A stretch of 64,000 bases of DNA from the human T2T-CHM13v2.0 reference genome, Homo sapiens, in NCBI RefSeq assembly GCF_009914755.1, contig NC_060932.1; one strand, 5' to 3'. The notes under the pieces are model-generated. The model made no database searches. It was given only the letters and a program-made list of their open reading frames with translations, and was not told the DNA's origin. The stretch's first letter is position 1; each line of letters starts with the position of its first letter. This document shows positions 16,160-29,333 of the stretch, one piece after another. Both the position numbers and the translations under genes were made by a program.

Positions 16160-17170
16160 CTTCCCATCCCTTAAAGGCAAGGGTGGCCCAGATTCGCTCT
16201 CCAGGCCCTTGCCAGGCTTTCCCTTGTGGGTAGCCTGAGATGCCTCATTCCTCCTGGGCCATCAAATAGCATCTCTATGCTGATCCACCCACCCCACCCA
16301 GTCTCTGCCCCACACTCTTCACTCCTATAGCTCTGCCTACAGGCTTCTCTGCTTACATTTGGAGATGCAGCTCACACCCAACATATTTAAGACTCAGCAG
16401 ATTTTCTTTTACACAAAAACTTACTTTTCCTACTCACACTGGAAACCAGTTTCCTATAACACTGCCAAACCCCTTAAGGGTTTCCCATCAAATCTGTCAC
16501 ACAGCCCTGTCCACGACACCACAAGAGCATTTATGAATCCATTCCCAGCCTCGCTGCCAGCGCCTGAGACAAAGCCCACGTCATTTCTCCCCTAGATTAA
16601 TCTCACCAGGAGTCTCATGATGGATCCTCTGCCCCAGGTCAAATTCCCTTGACATCCATCTCCACCTGACCGCCAGAAGTATCTTTCCAAACATGGGTCA
16701 CCATGCATGTTTCAGCTTAAAATCTGCCCATGAGTCCTCTTTTCCACCAGTGCTGAAATCAAGCTCCCCTAAAATGATTCACGAGGACATCACACCAGGT
16801 ACCTCTTTACCCCTTCACCCCTAAGCTCTTTCCTACCCACAGCCCAGGCCCAGCGCCATGGAATGTGAGCCACCATCCAGGGACCTGGTCTAGCCAGGCT
16901 TCGTTGCACTCCTTCTTTGCCCCTCCTGGCTTGTGTGTCCCATCCTAGGTGGAAGATCTATCCTTGCCACCCTCCAGCCTGGTCAGGTGTCCCCCTGGTG
17001 CATTCTCTCGGGCTGACATTCTGTGAAATCCTGTCCTATTTGATTGTTTCCCCCTGTGCCCCCTCCTCTTTCTCCTTCAAGTGCAAGCTCCATAACCATA
17101 GAGACAGAGTCTTCCCCTAACAGTCCCTAGTGCCGTGCAGGTGCCCCTCGGAACAGAAGCTCAGCCGAGA
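16160..17170 (+). mobile_element. L2 3' region
   Basis: catctctatgctga; catctccacctgaccgccagaagtatctttccaaa; gtgcaagctccat..gagacagagtct. Confidence 0.75.
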
Positions 17171-17529
17171 GGGTTGTGTCGCAGACACCTGGGACGAGAG
17201 TGACTGCAGGTTCCTCAACTCCCTGTGAAAAAAGCATGCGGACTGTGGAGCTGCCACTTCCCATGATCTCAGAGAGTTCATGTGCATCCAGGTAGATCAT
17301 TACATTCTACAAATGCAGAAGACGGAAATTTGACTTCGGAGTAATGGAAACACTGTCTTAGGTCTACCAGGGATTCTTAAGGCTTGTTCCCAATAAAGTA
17401 GGGAATGAACTCACTGGCTTACAATTCCATCTTAGAATCTAGAGTTTTGTTAATTTAGAAAATGTTCAATATTTATTCCTGCCCAATCTATTCCTATCAT
17501 TTTGGCATTTTTCAAATGGCATATATGAA

Positions 17530-17765
17530 ACATTTGCATGTTTCATATATGCCAGGTACTGTTTTAAGTACTGTTTTCTAATAACTTATTTAATTGTCAC
17601 AACAACCCCATGAGAAAGGTAATGTAATTATCACCTCCATTTACAAATGGGAACCCCTAGGCACAGAGAGGGCAAATAAATCCTCCACAATGGCACAGCA
17701 ACTAGAGAGGCAAGCTCATATTCAGGGCGTCAGGCTCCAGCCCAGAAGATACTCCACTGCCTCGC
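17530..17765 (-). mobile_element. MIR
   Basis: atgccaggtactgttttaag..cacaacaaccccatgag..ccatttacaaatggg..ggcacagagagg. Confidence 0.85.
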
Positions 17766-20252
17766 CACCCTCTCTGTTCAGTTTAGTAGTTGACACTTTT
17801 ATATTACTATCTAATATTTCACCCAACTTCCTTTTCATGTGCCTGAAAACCATCAAGCAGTTTTGAATTTACCTTCCAAATAAAATAGAATAATTAATGT
17901 TTTTAAAGCCCATTTATGTACTAACACCTGCTGGCCGTTTATCATATTTCAGACAATATCCTAAGCAATTTAACAGAATTGTCTCATCTCATTCTCACAG
18001 CAAAGTAATGTTTAGTCCTCTCCTTTTCCATGTATCTCAAATGTCTTAAATCCTATTCTCTGTTACATATACTATGATATAAACTGACTGGATTCCTCTT
18101 TGCAAATGATAAAATGTTCCCTAAAAATATTAAAGTTAGCTTGCATAACTTGTTTTAATAATAAGCCCTAGATTTTTTTTATTCAATTATAGATCAATTA
18201 TAGATATCTTTTCAAAATGGAGAAAAATCTATCTTAAAATATAGTAGGAAAAACCCACTTCACAAAGAAAAAAAGCACATTCTAACAAAAGTAAACAACT
18301 AGTAAAAACATGAAAATGTTTAAAATGTCTAAGATGTGTTAAGGTTTTAGTAGGCATCTGATGGACTTGTAAGGGAGATTTGAGCAAAAGAGCCAAATCT
18401 GAAAAATAAAGTTCTTGATTGCTAATCAAATGATTAAGGAATGGTGAAAATGCTGGCTTCTTCTAGATGGACTATGGTTCTTATCTAGCACCCAACGACC
18501 TGGTGGGTCTCCGAAATCATCTTCTGAATGGGTTTGTTCTGCACCCGCCATACACTCTAAGTCGACACACAATTATTACCTTCAATGCTGGCGACAGATG
18601 GTTGGCCCACTCTGCACTAAGATCCCCCCTCCAAATCAACTTTTACAATATACCAAATCTCGATATGGATAGGGAAAAAAACTCCAAGGAGGTAAGGCTT
18701 TCAGAATGTAAGAAATGGAGAAGATTTTAATGAAAATCTCATCTAAATCCATCCAATTTGAGAGACTGGAACCCGGTGGGGAAATGAGCTACTGAAGCCC
18801 ATATGACAACCCAAGGGAACCCTGACCTTCTAACTTGGCATTCACCCAGGGAATTGCCAACCACTCCACAAAAGCAGGACGCAGATATTACAGTTTAGAA
18901 AGCACCCAGAACTGAACCTTGTCCACCTGACCTCTCCGTCCTTGCTGGTGAGCTAAGACATTGAGTCCATTTGATATCAGGAAATGAGCCCCACACACAG
19001 ATTCAGAAGTCATCAAGGAGGCAATTGAAATCACTTGGGCTTTGCATCTGCCTTCCATGGCCAGGCACCTGCAGAAGTGCCTCACCTGATATCAGAGAAG
19101 CCCCAGCTCACCTGCCACTGAGCCTCAACACTGTCTCCTAATAATTAGCCCCTGTGAGACCTGCATCCTATTAGACAAACCCCTGCCTTAAGCCACCTCT
19201 TTAGAAGACTCTCCCTGGCTTCCAATGCAGTTTTGCTCCACTTTTATTTTAAGTCTTCTTCCTCCGGCAGCTCATTTTTCCCTGGTCTCCTGAGTGGCCC
19301 CTGCAGGCAGGCTTCATCATCAATGAGAAGTGCACCAATCAACAATTTTGTTCCAATGACAAAACCTCAACGCATCTGAAGTGCTGTGGACATGAAGAGG
19401 CAGAGCAGCTTGAGAAAGGGCAGAATTTCCAGCAGCTGGTACAGAAATAGCACAGCCAATTAAGATTCCAGCTGCAGAGAGACAAAGATACAATCTGGAG
19501 CAATCATAACTCTGTGCTGTGGATTTTTAGGAAAACAGATTTGCCTTTTACTCCCAGGTTTGGTGATAAAGATTGAGAGCCGGCTGGACAGCTGGCAGCC
19601 CTAGTAAGTGTCTCCCTTGCTCCTCCTAACTGAATTCCCACCCCCAGCCCCACCAACACACACTCCAACATGCGGCTCAGGGGTCCAAAGTGGTTTTGGG
19701 TTTCGCTGCTGCTTCCTCTGGTCTTCTCCAGTGAGGTCAGGGAGCTTTCCCAAAATAGTGCTCAGAAGAGAAATTAGCTTTCAAAAGGGGAGAAAAAGGC
19801 AGGAAACATCACATCCATGGAACTGTCTTGGCAGTGAGTGAATATGGGAAGTATTTCAGTGAATGGAATAAATGAATCCCCCCGCACCTCACGCTGAAGA
19901 AAACCAGCATCAATATTTCACTTTCTGCATGATTGTGGATAAAAAGCAAGGCCACGTGGATTTCTAGGGATCTGCGTTACCTTGGCAGAGAGCACATGAG
20001 TATGAGCATAAGGCCCTATTTCATTTTATTCTTTTATGACATTGGTTTATCAAAATAACACATCTAATATCAAAATGATATTTCTTAAAAGCAAGTCATT
20101 AGGAAAGAGTTTTCAGTTCCATTGCCCTGTGTCTAAAAACAACCACAAAGTACATTTTATAGCTTTCCAATATTTCTCTAGTACTTTTATTTGTTTCTGA
20201 TTTGGAGGGAAAAATTAACGATGCAAAAGGCGTATTTCCTTTGAGTTCAGGG

Positions 20253-20639
20253 TGTATGACTCTGTTCCCAGACTGCTATAATAAATACTACCCAAGACTG
20301 GGTAATTATAAAGGAAAAAGGCTTCATTGACTCACAGTTCCGCAGGCTTAACAGGAAGCACCGCTAGGAGGCCTCAGGAAACTTATCATCACCGCAGAGG
20401 GAGAGAGGGGAGGCCGGCAACTTCTTCACAAGGTAGCAGGAGAGAGTGAGAAAGGCGAACGGGGGAAAAGACCCTTATAAAACCATCACATCTCGTGAGA
20501 ACTCCCTCGCTACCAGGAGAACAGCATGGGAGAACCCACCCGCATGATCCAATCACCTCCCACCAGGCCTCTCCCTCAACATCTGAGGATTGTGATTCGA
20601 GATGAGATTTAGGTGGGGACACAAAGTTTAACCATGTCA
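20253..20639 (-). mobile_element. MaLR solo LTR (THE1D-like)
   Basis: aggcttaacaggaagca..ctaggaggcctcaggaaactta; TSD caggg/cagga. Confidence 0.9.
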
Positions 20640-20752
20640 CAGGAGTAAAATTAAGAAAACAAAGCCACAGATTCTTACCTAGTTGAAAGTATCAGTTTGT
20701 TGTTGCTGTTGCTGAATTTTGCTTAGGTTTTCTTCTATTAGAAATAACTTCA

Positions 20753-21097
<345 letters not shown>

Positions 21098-21419
21098 TTA
21101 AAACAACCTTACCACCTGTTTTCTAGTCTTAATCTTCCATTCTGCAGATTGGCAGTACTTTATGTCTATCTGCTGACTGAGATTATAGAATTCCTCACAC
21201 ATGGCTCCTGGGCGCTTGCTAAACTTGTAGTTACTGAAACTCCTTTTCAGATTTGAAGGCGTCCCTGAACGTGGACTTCTTTGGCTTCATTCTCCCCGAC
21301 CTGTGTTATATTTTACAAAAACACCTCGAGACTGGCTCACCCAATTGCCTCTGTGAGCGCCCCTAGGAACTTGTTTTGAGGCTGAATACACTCCATCTAT
21401 GACCGCTCTGTTTCCCGGC

Positions 21420-22640
21420 CCTTGGCCTATATAGACCCAATGTCCTCAGGTTCTTTCCCTTCTGCGAGCTGGGTGACATCACTTCAGACCAATGCCCTAT
21501 TGTATGTTAGAACCAAAAAGCGTTTACATTTCCATTCAAGCCCTCATTTCTACACGGAATTTTTGGTAGTCCTCACAAACTGCTGTCCTCCTGCTTTTGT
21601 CCATCTCAGTAAATGGCAGCAGTATCTACCACATTGCTGAGGATGCAAACCTAGATATTTCCCTCAATTCTTCCTTTATAAAAATTCCTACAATAGCCCT
21701 GATAATTTTATTACCCCAAATTTTTTTTATTTTTTGAGACGGAGTCTTGCTCTGTCACCCAAGCTGGAGTGCAATGGTGCAATCTCAGCTTACTGCAACC
21801 GCCACCTCCAGGGTTCCAGCGATTCTCCTGCCTCAGCCTCCTAAGTAGCTACAGGCATGCACCACCACGCCTAGCTAATTTTTTGTATTTTTAGTAAAGA
21901 TAGGGTTTCACCATTGTCCAGGTTGGTCTCAAACTCCTGACCCCAAGTGACCCCCCGGCCTTGGCCTACCAAAGTACTAGACTATAGGTGTGAGCCACCA
22001 TGCCCAACCCATATTTTTAATTGCCTAATTCCATTTATTTCTATGAGTTTAGCTCAGGCTGTCACCATTTCCACCCTGGACCATCACAAATCTCCATCTC
22101 TAGCCATTGGGTACCACTCACTCGTCCGCCACCCTCGTGCCGCCATCTCCTCACCATCCATCCACCTGCCACGCACAACTCACATGTGAGTCATTTCCCC
22201 ATCTTAAAACTTCTCAGCTGCTTCCCGTTACCTTTAGAATAAAATCCACACTCCTAATGGTGAGCCTCAAAGCCCTGCACACCAGGCGCCTGCCTCCGGC
22301 TTCATTGTTATCCCATGTCCCTCGCCTCTCACCCACTGTGGTCTGGACGCACCTACCTCCTCTTTTCCCTTAAAACACCAAGGTCAGTGTGTCTTCAGGA
22401 CCCCTGCACTCGCTCTCCATTCAAAGGCCTCCTTCTCTTTCTGCAGGACTCCACTCACGTGCCCTCTCTTCAGAGAACCCTCATCTAGCACCCTATTTAA
22501 AGTGTCTCCCTGCCACAGAGCTCCTGCGACTTTCCCGGCAAGAGCACCTCTAGGTCAAGAGAAAGACCTTGCAGGTTCATTTATTAAGCAGTGAAACTCA
22601 GCCTATTTATAGACGAACAACATAGTCACCATTTGAAAAG
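21420..22640 (+). mobile_element. L2a 3' region, split by Alu
   Basis: ccatctcagtaaatggca; tttagaataaaatcca; cagagaaccctc..caccctatttaaa. Confidence 0.8.
21721..22009 (-). mobile_element. AluS
   Basis: tttttgagacggagtcttgctctg..gtgagccaccatgccc. Confidence 0.95.
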
Positions 22641-23544
22641 GCAATAGATATAAATTGAAAGAGAAAGATGATATTTTTATTCCATCCTTCAACAACCACT
22701 CATAGCAATAACTGACTAATAGGAAATGCACCCCTATTCAGGCTTCGTAACTCCTCACTCCCAGGAACCTCCATGCTCATTTCCCTTCCACATTCATTTT
22801 CACAAGGGTCTCACCTTTTGTCACAGAAAGAATAAAAAAGCAATTTTGTAGAGATATGTCATCAGAAGAGATGCAGCACTGTCTGAGGTTGAAACAGTGA
22901 GCTCTCTCAAGTAAGTAGCTTGTGTGGCATCTGACAGTTGTTGGCTCTTGCCCTGTTTCCCTCAAAAAATTAAAATGCCACAGGCAGACCTGTGGTTCTG
23001 CGCCCAGGGTAACACAGTGCAAAGTCTGAGGACTGCAGTCTATTATCACTTTATTACTCTCTCTAGGTTCACCTATCACAACCATAATGATCTTGTATCT
23101 CCTTTGGGTTTGTGGGGAGTTTTCTCTCGGCTATCTACACTCAGGTATGAGTTTTACATTATGTCTCACATATGTGTACATTTTTGGACTGTCAACACTT
23201 TATGTGTAATTTCCATAAATTGTGTGTAACAACTGTTAACACTTAACCACAACTTCCAGCATGATGCCTGACTCACCCTAGGTGCCCAATAGGGCTCAGG
23301 GACACCGTAAAGGATCAAGACTTCGAGTAATTTAGCAACAGGGTCAGCTCTAATATCCTGCTTTCTAGACTCATAACTAAGCCTCTAACTATGCCAGCAC
23401 TCAGATGTTTGTTTCTATTCTATGCTAAGAACAGAGACACTGTTGTTGAGGTAAGTGTGGTCCCTAGATAGTGTCAAGAAAATGGACTCTGTGACATCCT
23501 GAAAATCTCTTACAACATAAATAGTCCCAGTCCTAATGTTCCAG

Positions 23545-23655
23545 ATCAATATTTGTTTTGCAAGTCGAGAAACTTAAACCCAAAAAGGTTAAAATAATTT
23601 CCCCAAGGTCATATAAATAGTGTCGGAGAAAAGTATGAACTCAAGGTTTCTGAAT
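23545..23655 (-). mobile_element. MIR fragment
   Basis: aaaggttaaaataatttccccaaggtcatata..tgaactcaagg. Confidence 0.6.
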
Positions 23656-24343
23656 TTTTTTAAAATAAGAGAATTACTAGAAATGTCAAGGAACTTCCAC
23701 ACAATGGAATATTGTATATCCTCTAAAAGCAATTCTCAAATGATCTTAAAGTTATATTGATAAATGAAAAAGGAGAAAAAAATCCATAGGTGTTTTCATT
23801 TGCAAAGAATATCTCCAGAAGTAGATAACAAGATAACAGGAAATATACAAATTTGGTTACCAATTGGATGGGAAAGAGAAGTAAATGGAAAACTGCTTTG
23901 CATTCATTTTGTGACATTTTTATGACTTTTCCAATTTTTTACCTTGTATACATATTCATTGAATCAAAATAAAAAATAAAAATTTACAAGGGTTACAGAA
24001 AAAAGAAGTTAAGCCCAATCTGTGATAATTAAGAAGAAAATCTTGATATTGTTGTGGGGTATTTTTTTATGCTTTTGATGTTGTGATTATATTGTATCAT
24101 TAGGAAGTGGCACCATTGAGAAATTATTTGTCAATGGTATATAGACATAAATACTTTTTTCTTATTTTGAGGGCTTACCTTTTTTGTTTTGTTTTGTTAT
24201 GCCAGTTCCTACTGGAAATGTTTTTCCTTTTAAAAGTTTTTCCTTGTTAACTAAAATCAACTTGATCAATCAAGTTCATACACATGTTGCACGATTTATA
24301 TTTTGGTAAACTGTCTCCTAAATATTCACAGATAGATAGATGG

Positions 24344-24710
24344 TGTATTAGATAAATGTTCGTTCTCAGTCTGCTTGTAAAGACACACCCAAGACTAGGT
24401 AATTTATAAAGAAAAAGGTTTAATGGACTCACAGTTCCACATGACTGGGGAAGCCTCACAATCATGGCAGAAGGCAAAAGGCACATCTTACATGGTGACA
24501 GGCAAGAGAGAATGAGAGCCAAATTAAAGAGAAAACCTCTTATAAAATCATCAGATCTCATGCAACTTATTCACTACCATGAGAACAGTAAGGGGAAAAC
24601 CGCTCCCATAATTCAGTTATCTCCCACGGGGTCCCTCCCACAACACATGGGAATTATGGGAGCTACAATTTAAGATGAGATTTGGGTGAGGACACAGCCA
24701 AACCACATCA
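24344..24710 (-). mobile_element. THE1C/B solo LTR
   Basis: tgtattag..ggacacagccaaaccacatca; TSD gatgg/aatgg. Confidence 0.92.
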
Positions 24711-24939
24711 AATGGATAAAGAAAATGTGGTACAAATATACAATAAAATATTATTCAGCCATAAAAAAGGAGGAAACATTCATGATATCTTCTAACATTC
24801 ATGGATTTATTATAGTTATATATACACAGCCTCATTCCAAAAAATATTTTGAGGCAGTTTACAAGAATACATATGGTATAACATATGCCAGAGAAGACTG
24901 GCAAAGAAAATACACAAATATCACAAGACATCGTGAATG

Positions 24940-25441
24940 TTTCCTTCTTTTTATGACTGAATAATAGTCCACTGTATGTGTATACCACATTTTCTTTACC
25001 TTTTCACCTATTGATGAATATCTAGGTTGCTATCAAATCTTGGCTATTGTGAATTATGTTGCAGTGAACGTGGGAGTGCAGACACCTCATTGAGATCCTG
25101 ACTTCGTTCTTTTAGATATAACATGAACTTCGAGGACAATATGCTAAGTGACATAAGCCAGTCATCAAAGGGCAAAAACTGCATGATGCCACTTGTATGA
25201 GGTATATAAAGTAGTCAAACTCATAGAAACAGAGAGTAGAATGGTATTTGCCAGGGGCTTAGAGAGGGAAAAAAGGAGAGATGCTCTTCAACAGTTAGAA
25301 AGTTTCAGTTTCATAAAACGAGTATGTTTTTGAGATCTGCTCCATATCATTGTGCCTGTAATAAGCAGTTCTGTCATGTACATTTAAAAATGTGATAAGA
25401 GGGTGGATCTCACCTTAAGTGTTCTTACCACAATAAAAATA
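24940..25441 (+). mobile_element. L1MB-type 3' end with 5' inversion (24940-25119 antisense, 25120-25441 sense)
   Basis: Antisense tttccttctttttatgactgaata.. followed by sense atgaacttcgaggacaatatgctaagtg..ttaccacaataaaa. Confidence 0.85.
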
Positions 25442-27811
25442 ATCTGCAAAATAGGATAAAGAGAATGCTGAGTGAATTCATTTGACAAGGCCTAACACAG
25501 AGACTGACCCAAATGCCCATCTTTTTATGTCTAATAAACTGACACTTGAAAGATCATTATAATACATCACACCTAGAATGTGCAGATTAAACTAAAATTT
25601 ATGGAACACATGCATTATGCTCCTATAAGTTTTCTCCAACAATAATGCACACACTAATAGGATTCAATCACTTTGCTATCAATTCAAATTGACAGTTATA
25701 TACAGTACCCAAACAATTACAATGTATATAAATTATTTTTGAAACTAATAGGCATCATGTCCATGTAAGATGTTTATATAAAGAATTTTACATCCTCATC
25801 ATCTATGAAAAAATTGCCAGAGTGATAATATTTCAGAATATGAAAAGGTTGAGTTTAAATGTGTATGAAATTTATGGTGAAAAGATATATCCACCCAAGT
25901 GGACGGCAAGTTCATATTTGCTGATTAAGAGTACAGAATTAGCTTATTAACAATACACTATTTGGTGCAGATATAATATTTGCCATCACTTTCTAGGTAA
26001 CTGTTCTTTCAAGATGCAGTAAAACCCACATTTTTTGAGATACTGAATGCTTGGCCTTAGCTCTCTTGAAAACTAATAGCAATATTTTATTAAAAAATAG
26101 AAAATATCTCATAATGTGACTTTGAGAGCTAAAAAGCCAGTATCATGATAAGTCTTTAAATCTATAAGGACTATAATTTGCCCATCTGTTATGAGAACTA
26201 ACATTAAGTGACTGAATGGTAGAAATTTTGAATGCTGATGGCATGTTTCTGAATCACTTTATGTTATTACTGAATAATTAAGATTTACTGAGTTATTAAA
26301 TAAATCAAAATTACTCTCTATAACATATAGCATAGAACTGCAGGAGATTAAATACAGGGAAACTCAATTGTTTAGACTTAGCAATTTATATTTTTGAAGA
26401 GGCAGATATAGAAAGCTATGCAAGTAAATAAAATAGAAAATAATAGGTGTGATTTTAATATTTCAAATTCTATTGGAATTGAAAAGAGAAAAAAGTTTAC
26501 TTTCTTCTATCAGGCACATATTTTTAAAAATCTATTTTCTCATTCTTTCTTTGAAAAAATATCATGACAGATATCATTGCTTGGTTTCAGAGATTCAGAA
26601 GGCTCAAAGAAGTTAACCAAACTCACACGGCTATTAGGAATATGAACCGTAAACAAATAATCTTGCAAATATGAAAATGAAGAGCATCCAGGAGGATGCC
26701 CAGTGTTTTCAGGACAGAATAAAAAGAAAAGAAAGTGTAAAGCGTTTACATCTGCTAGGGATAAGACATAAGAGAATGTGCAACAGGAATGAAAAGAAGG
26801 AAGAATTTTATTTAAAAGAATCATAAATCCTTAATAACTTTTTGGAATCAAGTAGGTGCTAAGATTTGCAAAAAAAAATGGACAAGTTTGTTTCCATTAT
26901 AACTGTACAAAAAAAGAATTCAGAAGGCATTCTAAAAAGAAGTGAAATATGAAGTTAAACCACGGAGAATACTGTCAATATTGCCCAGTCACTGAGTGGA
27001 TTTCAAGTGGACTCCTTTGTATTTTCCCAGCCCCTGTCTGGGAAATGATCCACTGCTTTTAACTCTGTCAAGTGATACAACCGGGTTTGCTAAAACACAG
27101 AGAACATGAGGCTCTTCCAGTCCTGTGGAATTGTCTGTTGATGCTAGTAGAGAACAAAAGTGAAGGGATTCATAAAATCAATATTTACAGAAAGTAACTT
27201 TGTAAGAAAAAGGCATGCTTTATAAATAAGAAAACAGCATCTTAGCTGGCAAGCCTCTGCAATAAATTTAAGAAAAAGTTAGTGAATAATTTGTAACACA
27301 ATTATACTCACTTTGAAATATTACTCCTCAAACTGAATTGTATAGCTGGAAAAAATAATAAGAAAATCTATCTAAAAATGTGGATAGTTTTTGGCATCCA
27401 TTAAGCTGTGGCCATTGAAGTGAGCCTAAGGATACCGTCCTGCTTGACAGCATGTCAATACAGAGAAATCATTCTGCTGTAATGCGCAATAGCTCTGTTA
27501 GCCAAAATGTTAAAAACAAACAGCAAAAATTGGTGTCTGAATTTTGCTGAATGAAGAGTTTTGAGATGGCAATCAAGGAACAATTTAAACTTTTACAATT
27601 CAGGAAACAAAAATTTGTTTAAAAAAAATCATTGTGAATGCTGACAAAATGTTTGCTGAAAAATAAAGTTATAAGTGTTAATTTACTCATTAATCACACT
27701 TGCATTTGCACTGAAGACACAAAGGAATTAAAAATGTAATCCCTGCCCTCAGGGAACACATTATGTAGTGGAGTGATATATATAAATAAGCAATGTAGAA
27801 TGAAATTTATA

Positions 27812-28153
27812 GAAATCCCACGTAGATGAACCTTGAGGACATTATGCTAAGTGAAATAAGCCGGACACAAAAAGACAAATACTGTATGATTCTCCTTATA
27901 GGAGGTACTAGAGTGGTCCAATTCATGGAGACAGAAAACAGAATGATGTTTTCTGATGGCTGTGGGAAGGAGATAATAAGAAATTATCTAATAGGTACTG
28001 AATTTCAGTTTGGGAAAATGAAAACAGTTCTTGCGATGGATGGAGGTAATGGCTGCATAACACTGTGAATGTACTTAATGCCACTGAACGGTACACATAA
28101 AAATGGTTAAAATGATAACGTTTATGTTATGTACATTTTACCATGATAAAAAA
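27812..28153 (+). mobile_element. L1MB 3' end
   Basis: atgaaccttgaggacattatgctaagtgaaataagcc..gtacttaatgccactgaac..aaaatggttaaaatg. Confidence 0.9.
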
Positions 28154-28536
28154 GTACTGAAGTATACTTGTATGTGTATGTTATAACTAGTTGATATCTT
28201 GAAGTAGAAAACCTTCTCCATATTAGAAGTAACTTTTAAAAAGTAAAATGCTGATGTTAAAAATAAAAATGCTGATATGAGTTAAAACATCATTTTTCAC
28301 TTACAAATTATCTTCCTTTTTCCTTTCAAAAAATGACTTAAGAAAATAAACTAAGAAAAAATATTTATAAATTTCTATCTTAAATTTAAAAGATTTAAAT
28401 TCAAACAATTATATAAAATGAGTTTATATACTATATAAGAAATATATTATGGAATATATATTTGTAAGATATCTTATACATTACATTTATATAGTAGTTT
28501 TCATATATAAATATATGAAGTAAACAATCCTCAAAA

Positions 28537-28956
28537 TTTTTTTTTATTTTGTGTTAAGTTCCTGGATACATGTGCAGAAAGTGCTGGTTTGTTACATAGG
28601 TAAATGTGTACCATGGTGGTTTGCCGTATCTATCGACCTGTCACCAAGGTATGAAGCCCCACATGCATCAGCCATTTGTCCTGATGCACTCCCTCCCCTT
28701 TGCCCTGCCAACAGGCCCCAGTGTGTGTTGTTCCCCTCACTGTGTCCACGTGGTCCCATTGTTCAGCTCCCACTTACGAGTGAGAACATGCGGTGTTTGG
28801 TTTTCCATTCCCGTGTTAGTTTACTGAGGATGATGGCTTTCTGCTTCAACCATGTCCCTGCAGAGAACCTGATCTCATTCCTTTTTATGGCGGCATATTA
28901 TTCCATAGTGCATATGTACCACATTTTTTATCCAGTCTGTCACTGATAGGCATTTG
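28537..28956 (-). mobile_element. L1PA8/10-like, 5'-truncated (about 420 bp)
   Basis: gatacatgtgcagaa..gttcagctcccacttacgagtgagaacatgcggtgtttgg; flanks aatcctcaaa/aatccccaaa. Confidence 0.9.
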
Positions 28957-29040
28957 AAATCCCCAAATATTTTTAATTAAAAATTGAGAAGAAAAATAAA
29001 GCAGAAAATATGATTTCAAAGATTTTCTACATTCACTTTT

Positions 29041-29333
29041 TTTTCTTTTTGTGACAGAGTCTGGGTCTGTTGCCCAGTCTGGAGTGCAGTGGCGTGATCT
29101 CAGCTCACTGAAGTTTCTGCCTCTTGGGTTCAGGCAATTATCCTGCCTCAGCCTTCCGATTAGCTGGAATTGCAGGCATGCAACACCAAGCCCAGCTAAA
29201 TTTTTGTATTTTTAGTAGAGATGGGGTTTCACTGGATTGCCCAGGCTGATCTCGAACTCCTGGCCTCAAGTGATCTGCCCGCCTCAGCCTCCCAACGTGC
29301 TGGGATTACAGGTGTGAGCCACCACACCTGGCC
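29041..29333 (-). mobile_element. Alu (Jb/Sz-like)
   Basis: TSD tctacattcactttt (29026, 29334). Confidence 0.95.

Noticed and set aside
24438-24456. PRDM9 hotspot motif in THE1
   Set aside because: The site reads catgactggggaag and does not match CCTCCCTNNCCAC
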